A stretch of 64,000 bases of DNA. It comes from Alphaproteobacteria bacterium (GTDB lineage: Bacteria > Pseudomonadota > Alphaproteobacteria > Bin95). The DNA lies in assembly GCA_963422665.1 (NCBI GenBank), contig OY730441.1, forward strand, positions 4,194,489 to 4,258,488, read 5' to 3'. The position numbers and the translations under genes are program-made. The notes below the pieces were generated by a model. That model was not told the origin of the DNA and ran no database searches. It saw only the letters and a list, made by a program, of their open reading frames with translations. This document shows, in pieces, positions 18,071 to 28,032 of this stretch (the stretch's first letter is position 1; each line of letters starts with the position of its first letter).

Positions 18071-19948
18071 TCACCCGTCCTCGAGAAGCGGGACTTCCGG
18101 CGCGCCGGGCGCTTCAAAACCGAGGACCCGGGCGAAGAAAGACAATTCGGCTTCCAAAGCCGCCACGATGTTCTCCGCCCTCCGGAAACCGTGTCCTTCG
18201 CCGTCGAACAGCAACAGCGCGACAGGAATTCTCCTCGCCCGGAGCGCGGCCGCCATGGTTTCGGTCTGATCGGGCGGCACCACCTTGTCATCGGTGCCTT
18301 GCAGGAAGATCACCGGACAGGAGATACCGTCGGCATGAAGGAGCGGCGAGCGCGCGTCGTAAACCGCCTCCGCCTCCGGTAACGGGCCGATCAGGCGATC
18401 AAGATAGCAGCTCTCGAATTTATGCGTATCCCTTGCAAGAGCCTTGAGGTCCCCGATTCCATAAAGGCTGGCGCCCGCTTTGAAAACATCCCGGAATGCG
18501 AGCGCGGCGAGCGTCGTATATCCGCCGGCGCTGCCGCCGCGGACGACGAGCCGGTCGGCATCCACCTGCCCGTTATCGGCCAGCCACGCCGCCGCCGCGC
18601 AACAGTCGTCCACATCGACGACGCCCCATTGGCCGTCCAACTGCCGCCGGAAGGCGCGCCCATAGCCGCTGCTGCCGCCATAGTTGACATCCACGACCGC
18701 AAAACCGCGCGTCGTCCAATACTGGATCGAGGGCGAGTAACCGTTGTCGGAGGCGCCCGTCGGGCCGCCGTGGGACCGCACGACGAGCGGCGGGCGCTCG
18801 CCCCCGGGCGCGGCGAAACCGGGATTCCTCGGCGCATAGAACCAGGCATGGGCGGTCCTGCCGCCGGCGGTCGGGAAGGAAATCGGCTCGCCGCGCGATA
18901 CGAAGGCCGGATCGGGGTCGTCCGGGACGGAGCGGGCGAGCGTTTCGCGCCTTCCGTCTGCATGCAGCAGGTCGAGCCGCGCCGGGCGGTCGGTGTCGGC
19001 GCCGAGCACCGCCCAGCCCCCGCCGAACGGAACGGGACAGGCCGGCCGCGAGAATCCGGTCTCGAACGGCCCGGCCCGGAGCCTCTCGACGAAGACGCTG
19101 CCGTTCTTCTCGTACCGGGCGATGACGTCGCCGTCGGCGAGACAGCGGTAGCTCCGGGCGCCGAGGCCCCAGAGCGGCCCGGCGAACTCAGCCGCCATCG
19201 GCTTGAGCGGCCGCCCGCCCGCGCCGTCATGCGCATAAAGGTTCCACCAGCCGGACCGGTCCGAGATGTAGAGTAGCCCGCCGTCCGCCGCCCAGGCGGG
19301 CTGCAGCACCGATTCGCCGGGCCCGCCGGCGACCGCCTCGCCGTCCAGTAGCAGTTCCGTCGCATCCCAGGGCATGTTCGGGTGGTCCCAGGCGATGCAG
19401 GCAAGCCGGTCGCCGCCGGGGCCCGGTCCGGGCGCGGCGTAGAAGTCCCGGCCGGCGGCGACGATCTCGCCTTCCCCGGGCCGGGCGGGATCCAGCAGCA
19501 CCACGGTATTGACCGGCTCGCCCGATCCGCGATGGTCCTCGCGCACGGCGTAGATGCCGCCGTCCGGGGAGAATGCGAAATCGGCGTAGCGCAAGGCCGC
19601 GCCGGGCGCGATTCGCCTCGGCTCGCCATCCGCCTCGACCAGCCAGACGGAGCCTTCCGGAAAGTGGGAGAAGACGACCCGGCCGTCATGGGCGGCATAG
19701 GCGCCGCCGCCATATTCGTGGACCCGCGAGCGCACATCGAAATGCGCCGGCAGCGCTTCGCGGACGCCGTCCTTCCCGTAGCGCATGAGCACGCTGCGGC
19801 CCCGTTCGCGCGGCCGGCCTTCCAGCCAGTAGAGGTTTCCGCCGTCCGCGCGGACAAACGAGAGGCCGACCCCCGCTTCCGCGATCCGGCGCGCCGAGAG
19901 CGGCGAGACCCAGCTTCCGTAGGGCTTTACGACTGGCGTGTCGGTCAT
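18071..19948 (-). CDS. S9-family serine peptidase (prolyl oligopeptidase/acylaminoacyl peptidase type)
   Basis: C-terminal alpha/beta-hydrolase with GGSAGGY nucleophile and an N-terminal beta-propeller. The start is taken at MTDTPVVKPYGSW. Confidence 0.8.
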   Translation of the reverse strand: MTDTPVVKPYGSWVSPLSARRIAEAGVGLSFVRADGGNLYWLEGRPRERGRSVLMRYGKDGVREALPAHFDVRSRVHEYGGGAYAAHDGRVVFSHFPEGSVWLVEADGEPRRIAPGAALRYADFAFSPDGGIYAVREDHRGSGEPVNTVVLLDPARPGEGEIVAAGRDFYAAPGPGPGGDRLACIAWDHPNMPWDATELLLDGEAVAGGPGESVLQPAWAADGGLLYISDRSGWWNLYAHDGAGGRPLKPMAAEFAGPLWGLGARSYRCLADGDVIARYEKNGSVFVERLRAGPFETGFSRPACPVPFGGGWAVLGADTDRPARLDLLHADGRRETLARSVPDDPDPAFVSRGEPISFPTAGGRTAHAWFYAPRNPGFAAPGGERPPLVVRSHGGPTGASDNGYSPSIQYWTTRGFAVVDVNYGGSSGYGRAFRRQLDGQWGVVDVDDCCAAAAWLADNGQVDADRLVVRGGSAGGYTTLAALAFRDVFKAGASLYGIGDLKALARDTHKFESCYLDRLIGPLPEAEAVYDARSPLLHADGISCPVIFLQGTDDKVVPPDQTETMAAALRARRIPVALLLFDGEGHGFRRAENIVAALEAELSFFARVLGFEAPGAPEVPLLEDG

Positions 19949-20025
19949 GGCGCGTCTTTCCTCGTTGCCGGGCCGGCGGTGGCGGCCATTGTCAACTGCC
20001 GCCGGGCCCGCTTCAATCGGCGGCG

Positions 20026-20499
20026 ATGGAGAGGGACGCCCCCGATACGGACGCCGCCGCACTCTGGGATTTCGCCGTCCGGCTCTATGGGGAGCCCGGC
20101 GTCGGCGAAGCCTGCCTCACCCTGCAGGACCGGTTCGGCGTCGATGTGCCGCTCATGCTCTGGGCCGCGTGGCTCGGCGGCGGCGCCGACCCGGCGGCGC
20201 TGCGGGCCGGCGACCGCGCCGTGGGGCCGTGGCGGGCGCGGGCGGTGCGGCCGCTGCGGGCGCTCCGCCGCCATCTCCGCCATTCCGTCGTCGGGCTGGA
20301 CGACGAGGCGCGGGAAGGCTGGCGCGGTTCGGTGAAGCACCTGGAGATCGAGGCCGAACGTCTGGCGTTCGGCATCCTGGCCGGGATCGGCCGGCGCGGC
20401 GGCCGTCCGGACCTCGCCCCTTTCGCCGCGGCCTGCGGCCTCGAACCGGGTTGCCCCGAGCTGAAGCTGGTGGAAGAGGCCGCGCGCCGCCTCGCGTAA
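20026..20499 (+). CDS. TIGR02444/DUF2390-family conserved hypothetical protein
   Basis: LWDFAVRLYGEPGVGEACLTLQD...DVPLMLWAAWLG matches my recollection of this family. Confidence 0.5.
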   Translation: MERDAPDTDAAALWDFAVRLYGEPGVGEACLTLQDRFGVDVPLMLWAAWLGGGADPAALRAGDRAVGPWRARAVRPLRALRRHLRHSVVGLDDEAREGWRGSVKHLEIEAERLAFGILAGIGRRGGRPDLAPFAAACGLEPGCPELKLVEEAARRLA

Positions 20500-20521
20500 G
20501 CGTCCGGCGGCCCGCTTCCGG

Positions 20522-21307
20522 TCAGGCCTCCCAGCCGGGCGGGCGCTTTTCCAGGAACGAGGCCGCGCCCTCCCGGCCTTCCTCGCTGGCCCAGCTTTCG
20601 GCGAAGGCGTAGAGCCCGTCGATGCCGAGCGCGTCGGGGCCGCTGCGGTCGTAAAGGTCGAGCGCGCGCTTGACGGCCCCGGCCGCGCCGGGCGCGGCGC
20701 CGAGGCAGCCCGCGACGGCCGCCTCCACCGCTTCGTCGAGGCGTTCGTCGGGCACGGCGCGGTCGATCAGGCCGATGCGATACGCCTCCGCCGCGTCGAA
20801 GGTCTCGCCGGTGAAGAGGTATCGCTTGTAGGCGGCCGTGCCGATGCGCGTCAGCAGCGCCTTGAGCGCGCCCGTCGGGACGACGCCCCGGCGGAGCTCC
20901 GTGAACGCGAAGCGCGCGCCCGCGCCGGCGATGGCGACATCGCTCGCCGCGATCAGGGTCGCGCCGCCGCCGAACGCGCCGCCCTGCACCCGCGCCACCA
21001 CCGGACAGGGCAGGCTGGCGATGCGATGGCTCAGCATCGAGCCGCGCAGCGCGGCCTGCAGCCGCTCTTCGGTGGGCGCGGCTCCCATGCGGCGGAACAT
21101 GGCAATGTCTCCGCCCGCCGTGAAATGCCGTCCTTTCGCCGCCAGCAGCAGCAGGCGCAGGTCCGTTCGCCCGTGCAGCGCATCGAGCGCCAGGTGCACC
21201 TCTCGCATCGTCTCTACCGTCAGGGCGTTCAACCTGTCGGGCCGCGCGAATGTCAGCGTAACGACCCGCCGCGTATCTTCCTCGATGCGTATGCTGTTCC
21301 ACTTCAT
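20522..21307 (-). CDS. enoyl-CoA hydratase/isomerase family protein
   Basis: Crotonase fold (RPDRLNALT...AKGRHFTAGGDI...VQGGAFGGG). The start is taken at MKWNSIRIEE. Confidence 0.8.
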   Translation of the reverse strand: MKWNSIRIEEDTRRVVTLTFARPDRLNALTVETMREVHLALDALHGRTDLRLLLLAAKGRHFTAGGDIAMFRRMGAAPTEERLQAALRGSMLSHRIASLPCPVVARVQGGAFGGGATLIAASDVAIAGAGARFAFTELRRGVVPTGALKALLTRIGTAAYKRYLFTGETFDAAEAYRIGLIDRAVPDERLDEAVEAAVAGCLGAAPGAAGAVKRALDLYDRSGPDALGIDGLYAFAESWASEEGREGAASFLEKRPPGWEA

Positions 21308-21476
21308 ACCTGCCGCCTCCTGTCCGCCCTTGCCGTTCGCCGCGCCGATTCCCCGGCTCCCGGCCGAAGTATGACAATTGCAGAAGCCTGCCTGTGCGGG
21401 AAACATGGCGACAGGGCGGGAAATTGGCTATGGTCCGGGCCTCGGGGAATTCCGGACCGGCAGGCAGGGGCGATTC

Positions 21477-21812
21477 ATGGATATCGGAGAGAGCAAGGAA
21501 GACGCCGTATTCGTGCTGCAGCCCAGAGGCCGGCTCGACAGCGCGAATGCGCGCAGCTTCGAGGAGCGGATGCTGGCCGCCCTGGAGCAGGGCGAGTCGG
21601 CCTTGCTCATCGACTTCGCCGATCTGGATTACATCAGTTCGGCCGGCCTGCGCGTGCTGCTGGTGGGCGCGAAAAGGCTTCAGCAGTCCGGCGGCAAGAT
21701 CGCGCTTTGCGCCCTGAACCCGAACATCCGCGAGGTTTTCCAGGTCAGCGGCTTTCTCTCCATTTTCGCCGTCCACGGCGACAGGGCGGCGGCTCTGGCG
21801 GCGATGGGTTGA
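21477..21812 (+). CDS. STAS-domain anti-sigma-factor antagonist-like protein
   Basis: 111 aa, SpoIIAA-like: LDSANARSFEERM...IDFADLDYISSAGLRVLL. A conserved Ser is present. Confidence 0.7.
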   Translation: MDIGESKEDAVFVLQPRGRLDSANARSFEERMLAALEQGESALLIDFADLDYISSAGLRVLLVGAKRLQQSGGKIALCALNPNIREVFQVSGFLSIFAVHGDRAAALAAMG

Positions 21813-21817
21813 CGGCC

Positions 21818-22468
21818 ATGCTCAGCTTTGCCGAAGAGATCATGCTGCTGCTGCTCGACGACGAGGACGGCAGCTTCCTGCCCATCCCGGAATGGTCGAC
21901 GCAGTGCGTGCTGGCGGGCGCGGTGCTGATGGACCTGGCGCTGGCGGACCGGATCGACACCGACCTCGATTCGCTCATGCTCGTGGACAGGAAACCCACC
22001 GGCGACCCGCTGCTCGATCCTACGCTGGAGCGCATCGCGGCGTCCGCCGAGGTCCACGGCGCGCGCTACTGGGTGGAGCACGCCGCGTCCTATGCCGAGG
22101 ACATCCGCGAAGGCGCGCTGGCCCGGCTGGTGGAGGCCGGCATCCTCAACCGCGAGGAGGACCGGTTCCTCTGGGTCTTCCGGTCGCGGCGCTATCCGAC
22201 CGTCGACGGCAGGGCCGAGCGGGAAGTCAAGCTCAGGATCATGGGCGTGCTGCTGTCGGACGAGATCCCGGACCCGCGGGACATCGTCATCATATGCCTG
22301 TGCGATTCCTGCGGCATCTTCAACGAGCTGCTGTCGTCCCGGGAGCTCGAGCGCGCCCGGGCCCGTATCGACCAGGTGCGCAAACTGGACCTGATCGGAC
22401 AGGCGGTGGCGAAATCCGTCTGGGAAATCCAGGCCTCGCTCGCCATAGCCGCACACCCGATTTACTAG
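21818..22468 (+). CDS. GPP34/GOLPH3-family protein
   Basis: MLSFAEEIMLLLLDDEDGSF...W...VLAGAVLMDLALADRID is the bacterial GPP34 signature. It starts 5 bp after the STAS stop. Confidence 0.7.
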   Translation: MLSFAEEIMLLLLDDEDGSFLPIPEWSTQCVLAGAVLMDLALADRIDTDLDSLMLVDRKPTGDPLLDPTLERIAASAEVHGARYWVEHAASYAEDIREGALARLVEAGILNREEDRFLWVFRSRRYPTVDGRAEREVKLRIMGVLLSDEIPDPRDIVIICLCDSCGIFNELLSSRELERARARIDQVRKLDLIGQAVAKSVWEIQASLAIAAHPIY

Positions 22469-22478
22469 GCGCGGCGGG

Positions 22479-23112
22479 TTGCGCGCCGACACAAGGCCGG
22501 TCTTCGGCGCATCGATCTACGATCTGGACCGCCGCCGCCTCAGGGACTATTTCGTCCGCATGCGCCGACAGGAGGCCCCGGAGGACGGAGACGACGCGGG
22601 CTGGCGGATCTTGCTCACCAACACCGAAATCGCGGTCGAGGACGGCGTGATCCTTGCGGGGATGCTGCTGTTCGGAGCGGCGCCCAAGCGTTTCCTGCCG
22701 CAGGCGGGAATCGAAGCGGCAGCCTGTTCCGGCGGGAAAAGGACTATGCCGCGCGGGAACGCGCGACATTGCAGGAGCCGATGACGCCGCTCATGGACGG
22801 GAGGGGCGGCGTGCTGGAGGTCGGCCTGGTAGAGCGCGCCCTGGAATTAGTCAGGCGCAACATACCGGTGACGGCCGTTCTGGAGGGAGACGCCCGCCGC
22901 GTGGAGCGCTTCGCTTGTCCGATGCAGGCCGTGCGCGAGGCGTTGGTCAATGCGCTGGTCCACAGGGACTACCTTCTGGCGCATATGGGCATGGGCGTGC
23001 CCCGGATCATCGTTCGCGGCATGAAGGAGCATAACGGGACCGAGCCGGACCCGGTCGCGGAGCATGAACGGTTCACGGTTCGCGTTCACGCGCGCGCCAA
23101 CGCATTCCGGGG
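22479..23112 (+). pseudogene. remnant of HATPase_c_4/RecG-C-terminal-type putative transcriptional regulator (frameshifted, N-terminally truncated)
   Basis: The family motif AVREALVNALVHRDY and a preceding GWRILLTN segment sit in two different frames. No AlbA_2 N-terminal domain is present. Confidence 0.55.
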
Positions 23113-23542
23113 ACGGCGCGCCCTGAAAATCACCGTCGTCAATCTCGAACATGCGATGGAGCGGCGCGAGCGGGTGTCGGTGGCGCTGGGCGGGCTCAGC
23201 CTCGACTTCGAGCTGTTCCGGGCGGTGGACGGCCGACGCCTCACGCCCGAACAGGAGGCGCTTGTCGATTACGCCGCGTTCGGCCGCGACGGCTGGCCGA
23301 TCAAGGCCGGCGCGCTGGGCTGCTGGCTCAGCCACCGCGCGATCCCCGCCGACATGATCGACAACGGGCCGGAGGTCATGGCGGTCCTGGAGGACGATAT
23401 CGAACCCGCGCCGGAACTGCCCGCGGTGCTCGAGGCGCTGGAGCGGCGGCCGGACTCGTTCGGCATCGTGTTTCTGCACCGCGGTCGCGCGCCGGGCGGC
23501 GCGACCGCCCGGCGCGCGACCGTGACCCGGACCCGGGCGTGA
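23113..23542 (+). pseudogene. truncated duplicate of GT25 glycosyltransferase N-terminal domain, fused in-frame to the preceding remnant
   Basis: KITVVNLEHAMERRERVSVALGGLSLDFELFRAVDGRRL... is about 80% identical to residues 1-125 of the downstream GT25 gene. It has no start codon of its own, and its stop overlaps the GT25 GTG start. Confidence 0.5.
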
Positions 23543-24336
23543 AGGTCGTCGTCATCAATCTCGCCCATGCCGCGGAGCGGCGCGAGCGGATGTCGGCCGC
23601 GTTGGGCGGGCTCGGCCTCGACTTCGAGCTGTTCCAGGCGGTGGACGGCCGACGCCTCTCGCCCGACCAGGAGGCGCTGATCGACTACGCCGCGCTCGAT
23701 CGGCAGGGCTGGCCGATGAAAGCGGGCGCACTCGGCAACTGGATCAGCCACCGCGCGATCCTCGCCGACATGATCGACAACGGGCCGGAGGTCATGACGG
23801 TCCTGGAAGACGATATCGAGCCTGCGCCCGAGCTGCCGGCCGTTCTCGACGCGCTGGAACGGTCCACCGGGTCATTCGATATCGTATTCCTGAATCGGGG
23901 CCGCGCCGTCCGCCGCTTCATTCCCCATCGGCGGCTGAATACCGGCCATCGCCTCGGTTGGCTGCGCTGGTCGCATTACGGCACTCAAGGTTATGTGATT
24001 ACCCGTCCGGCGGCCCGCCGCTTTCTGGAGACGTTCCCGCGCGTGCGTATGAACATCGATCGGTCGCTTGCCGCCTATTGGCGCACGGGCCTTGCGACCT
24101 ATTGCATACGGCCGCCCGTCGTCCGCCACCTGCTGGTCGAGGACGGCAACGAGTCCATGATTCAGGCGACGCGCGCCGTCGGCCCGACGGACCCGCTGCT
24201 TCCGCTGCGGCGGCGCTGGTTCTTCCTGCGGGAGGGCCTGGCGAAGCGCGCCGTGCTCACCCGTCTGGCGGTGGCGGCGCACGGCCGGGCGCGCGGCCTG
24301 CGCGCGCTGCTGGGGCCCGGGGAGAACGGGTCCTGA
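23539..24336 (+). CDS. glycosyltransferase family 25 (LPS/LOS biosynthesis type)
   Basis: MKVVVINLAHAAERRERMSAALGGLGLDFELFQAVDG is a GT25 N-terminus; 265 aa. Confidence 0.75.
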   Translation: MKVVVINLAHAAERRERMSAALGGLGLDFELFQAVDGRRLSPDQEALIDYAALDRQGWPMKAGALGNWISHRAILADMIDNGPEVMTVLEDDIEPAPELPAVLDALERSTGSFDIVFLNRGRAVRRFIPHRRLNTGHRLGWLRWSHYGTQGYVITRPAARRFLETFPRVRMNIDRSLAAYWRTGLATYCIRPPVVRHLLVEDGNESMIQATRAVGPTDPLLPLRRRWFFLREGLAKRAVLTRLAVAAHGRARGLRALLGPGENGS

Positions 24337-24413
24337 CCGCCACGGGGCGGGGTGCGCCCGGCGCCGCCGAACGGTGCTACGATAGCGCCGACCGCCTTCC
24401 GGAGAGTCCGGCA

Positions 24414-26057
24414 ATGACGCGCAATCTGGACCCGATCACCGTGTCCGTGGTGAGCCACCGGCTGACCGCCATCGTCGAGGAGATGGGCGAGGCGATGCTG
24501 CGCACCGCCTATTCGCAGATCCTCAACTCCTCGCGCGACTTTTCGGCCGCCATCTGCGACCGCGATTGCCGGCTGGTCGCGCAGGCCGAGCACATTCCCG
24601 TCCATGTCGGCGCGATGCCCTGGGCGGCGAAGGCGGTTTCGGCCCGGTTCGGCGGCGATGTGCATGAGGGCGACCTGTTCGTCGTCAACGACCCCTATGC
24701 CGGCGGCGGCAGCCACCTGCCGGACGTGACCGTGTTCGCGCCGGTGTTCATCGGCGGGCGGCTGGCGTTCTGGACCATCAACCGCGCCCATCACAGCGAT
24801 ATCGGCGGCGCCACCCACGGCGCCTACAATCCGTCCGCCACCGAGATATTCCACGAGGGCTTGCGCATCCCGCCGCTCAGGCTCTGGGAGCGCGGCCGTC
24901 CGCGCGACGACCTGCTGGAAATGCTGGCGTTGAATGTCCGCCACCCGCGCGACTTCAAGGGCGACCTGGCCGCGCAGATCGGTTCTGTGCGCCTGGGCGA
25001 AGCCCGCCTCCAGGCGCTGGTCGATACCTTCGACGCGCAAACGGTAATGGCCGCCTGCGAGGCAGTGCTGGACGGCGCCGAACGCCGCGCGCGCGCCGAG
25101 GTCGCAAGCTGGAAGGAGGGCGTGTTCCACGGCGAGGCTTTCCTCGACGACGACGGCCACGGCCGCTCCGATATCGCCATCCGCGCCACGGCGACGGTCC
25201 GCGCGGGCAAGGTGACGGTGGACCTCGGCGCCTCGGACCCGCAGAGCACCGCCTTCGTGAACTCCAGCCACGCCAATACGGTCTCGGCCGTCACGCAGTC
25301 CTTCGCATATCTGATCGACCCCGCGATCCCGAAGAACGAGGGCGCGTTCCGCCCGCTGACAGTCAAGCTCAGGGAGGGAACGATCGTGTGGGCCGAGGAC
25401 GGCCTGCCGGTCACCATGTGCACCTCGCATTGCGGCAACGAGATCATCGAGGCCGTGATAACGGCGCTGGCGCAGTCCTGCCCGGCGCGCACCATGGCGG
25501 GTTGGGGCCGCCGGCTGCGCATCGCCATCAAGGGCCGGGACCCGCGCAACGGGCGCGGCTTCATCTGGCACATGTTCTACGCCCGGCCGGGCGGCGGCGG
25601 TTCGCCGGGCGGGGACGGCTGGCACTCGGTCGGCGAGTGGCACTCCGCCGGCGGCCTCAAATTCGGCAGCGTCGAGGTGGCGGAGGTGCGCTTTCCGCTG
25701 CATATCGGGCGGCACGAATTCCGGCCGGCCTCGGGCGGGGCCGGGGAATACCGGGGCGGCTGCGGGGCGGAGCTGGAGCTGCGCGTCGAGACGGAGGAGC
25801 CGGCCGTGGCCAACATGGCGGGCGACGGCGTACGCTACGGCGCGCGCGGCATACTGGGCGGCAGCGACGGGCTGCCGCACCGCTATATCCACCACGGCTC
25901 CGGCGGCGGGCGCGTGCTTCCCAGTAAGCAGGTCGGCATCGCCGTGGCGCCGGGCGACGTGTTCGAGGTGCTGTCGGGCGGCGGCGGCGGCTGGGGCGAC
26001 CCCGCGCGCCGCTCCGCCGCCGCCGCCGAGGCCGACCGTCTGGACGGGGTCGCGTAA
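24414..26057 (+). CDS. hyuB: hydantoinase B/oxoprolinase family protein
   Basis: MTRNLDPITVSVVSHRL...SRDFSAAI...PVHVGAM is the HyuB signature; 547 aa. No hyuA is adjacent. Confidence 0.8.
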   Translation: MTRNLDPITVSVVSHRLTAIVEEMGEAMLRTAYSQILNSSRDFSAAICDRDCRLVAQAEHIPVHVGAMPWAAKAVSARFGGDVHEGDLFVVNDPYAGGGSHLPDVTVFAPVFIGGRLAFWTINRAHHSDIGGATHGAYNPSATEIFHEGLRIPPLRLWERGRPRDDLLEMLALNVRHPRDFKGDLAAQIGSVRLGEARLQALVDTFDAQTVMAACEAVLDGAERRARAEVASWKEGVFHGEAFLDDDGHGRSDIAIRATATVRAGKVTVDLGASDPQSTAFVNSSHANTVSAVTQSFAYLIDPAIPKNEGAFRPLTVKLREGTIVWAEDGLPVTMCTSHCGNEIIEAVITALAQSCPARTMAGWGRRLRIAIKGRDPRNGRGFIWHMFYARPGGGGSPGGDGWHSVGEWHSAGGLKFGSVEVAEVRFPLHIGRHEFRPASGGAGEYRGGCGAELELRVETEEPAVANMAGDGVRYGARGILGGSDGLPHRYIHHGSGGGRVLPSKQVGIAVAPGDVFEVLSGGGGGWGDPARRSAAAAEADRLDGVA

Positions 26058-26132
26058 GCCGGCCGGCGGCGCTTTCCCGCGCCATCGCCCCCGAGCCGGA
26101 AGAACGCTGCTCCGGCTGCGGGAAGCGCCCCG

Positions 26133-28032
26133 CCACAGCCCGATGCGCAGGCCGGCCAGAATGATGGCTTCGGCGTTTCGGCCCGCATCGTGGCCCGGGT
26201 CGCGGCTCAGCACGGCCCCGATCCGCCAGGCCGGGCCGGGGGCGAACGACTCCGTCCAGTCGATGTCGAAATCGATTTGCCGGCCGGACGGTTCGAGGCC
26301 GACCGCGATCCGTTCGCGCCGCACCGCCCCTTCCGGCGTCCGCCCGACGGGGAGGGAGAGGTCGAGGCGTCCGTTCTCGACCCGCAGCGGCTGCTGCAGG
26401 GAGAATCCGAGCGTCCTCCTCCTGCCGAGCGGGCGCGCGGCCGCCATCGAAAAGGCCGTGCTGAAGGCGTCCCCGCTCCCGTCCGTCAGCAGCAACCCGC
26501 CTTCCGCCTCCGGCAGGGCGCGGCCCAGTTCGGCAGCCATGTCGAAACGCCAGCCGCCGGCCTCGAAGTCCGCCTCCGCGCGGACGAAATCGAGGCTGGA
26601 GGAGAGGTCGCCGAACGCGCCCTCCGCGCGGGCGCCGAGGAACGTCTCCGTCCCCTCGAGCCGGCCTGCGCCGAGGCCTACCGACTCGCCCGCCGGCCGC
26701 CAGGCAAACGCGAGGCCGTGCGCGTCCGCATCCACCGTATGCGCCCCGGCCCCGCGGCCGGTCGAGGCGAAGGCGGACAGGACCGTGTCGCCGAGCCGCG
26801 CTTCTGCAGAGGCCGGGCGGGCGGCGAGGTCCGCATGAGCCCCTTCCGGCGCGCCCATATGGAACCGCAGCCCGCCGTCCCGGCCGGCCGTCTCCGGCGC
26901 GCCGCCCGCCATATCGGCGAACCAGTGCGACAGCCTGAGGGCCGGACCGGCCGGGGCCGCTTCCTGCACGAAACCGCCGGCGCCGGTCCAGAAGGGCGCG
27001 CCCAGCGTGTCGAACAGCGCGATCCGCCGACCCGCCAGGCTGCGGCCGAGCGCGTCGCCGAGCGCAGTTCCGGCGAGCATCCGGCTCGACGCCGCCGGCG
27101 CGCCGCCCTCCGCCACCCGGCCGCCGAGCGCGACGGAGGTGAAGCCGACCGGCGCGGTCGCCGCGCCCAGGTCCATCAGGCCGCGCCCCAGATCGGAGGA
27201 AAGCTCGCAAGCTCTGCGGTCGCCGTCGAGGTCGAGATAGTTGGGGTATGCGCCGCCGGGGGCGGCGATGCACCATTGCGCAGCGATCCCGCAGCGGCTC
27301 GAGAACCGGGCGATTCCCCCGTCGAAATCCGTCGCCACAACGGCGACGACATGGCTGCGCAGGGTCTCCTCCAGCACCGGCAGGCCCGCATAGAGGTTCG
27401 GCGAAGTCGCCCGGACCCGGAGGCTGTCGGCTGCGCAATTCGGCCCGCCGTCGGCGCGCTTCTGGCCGTTGGAGTTGCCCGCCGAAATAATGAGCACGGT
27501 CTTGCCGGTCCGCCTGCCCGGCTGCAAGAGCTCCGCGACGGCGTCCCTGTAAGGCTGCCCGAAACCGGCGCGGGCGGCGATATAGTTTTCGACCAGATCG
27601 GAGACGCCGAAACTCATACTGATGAAATCGGCGCGCGGCGTCAGTCCGGAGACGTCCTCGGCAAGCCGCTGGACGGCGCTCCCCACCCTGTCAGAGGATT
27701 TCCCGATAAGGTCCGCCGCCGGAGACGAGGGGAATCGCCTTCACTTCGAGAGAGTCGATACCCCAGGCGATGCCGTGGAGGTCGCGGTTCGAGAGCGCGG
27801 CGATCGGCGCCGGCCCGCCGCGCTGCGCGGCGATAACGCTCGACACCGAGGTGTCGTGACTCGGACCCGAAAATTCCCGTAGCGGATGGAGCCGGCGCGC
27901 CTCATCGAGGAGGGTGTTGTCAACCCTGACCTGGAGCGAATCGAACTCCCAGTGCGCGGGCAGGATGCCGCTGTCGATTACCGCCACGCAGGCGCTGGCG
28001 CAGGCGGCGGAGATGAAGACCTCGCCCTTCAT
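26133..28032 (-). pseudogene. S8-family (subtilisin-like) serine peptidase autotransporter, frameshifted and truncated
   Basis: VAVIDSGI (Asp) and HDTSVSSVIAA (His) motifs lie in ORF 27691..28032. After a frame break at about 27686-27693 the reading continues with LIISAGNSNG (oxyanion Asn) and an autotransporter beta-domain ending ...GLRIGLW. I find no signal peptide and no clear GTSMA Ser motif. Confidence 0.5.

Noticed and set aside
20085-21776. 563-aa minus ORF and 480-aa plus ORF 21026..22468
   Set aside because: The first overlaps the enoyl-CoA hydratase and DUF2390 genes out of frame. Only the 3' 216 codons of the second (the GPP34 gene from 21818) are real.
24162-27686. 1174-aa minus-strand ORF
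   Set aside because: Only the first about 518 codons (27686 down to about 26133) carry protein-like S8 and autotransporter sequence. The remainder is Arg/Ala/Gly-rich and exactly antisense to hyuB, a typical high-GC open antisense frame. It is treated as part of a pseudogene, not as a giant protein.
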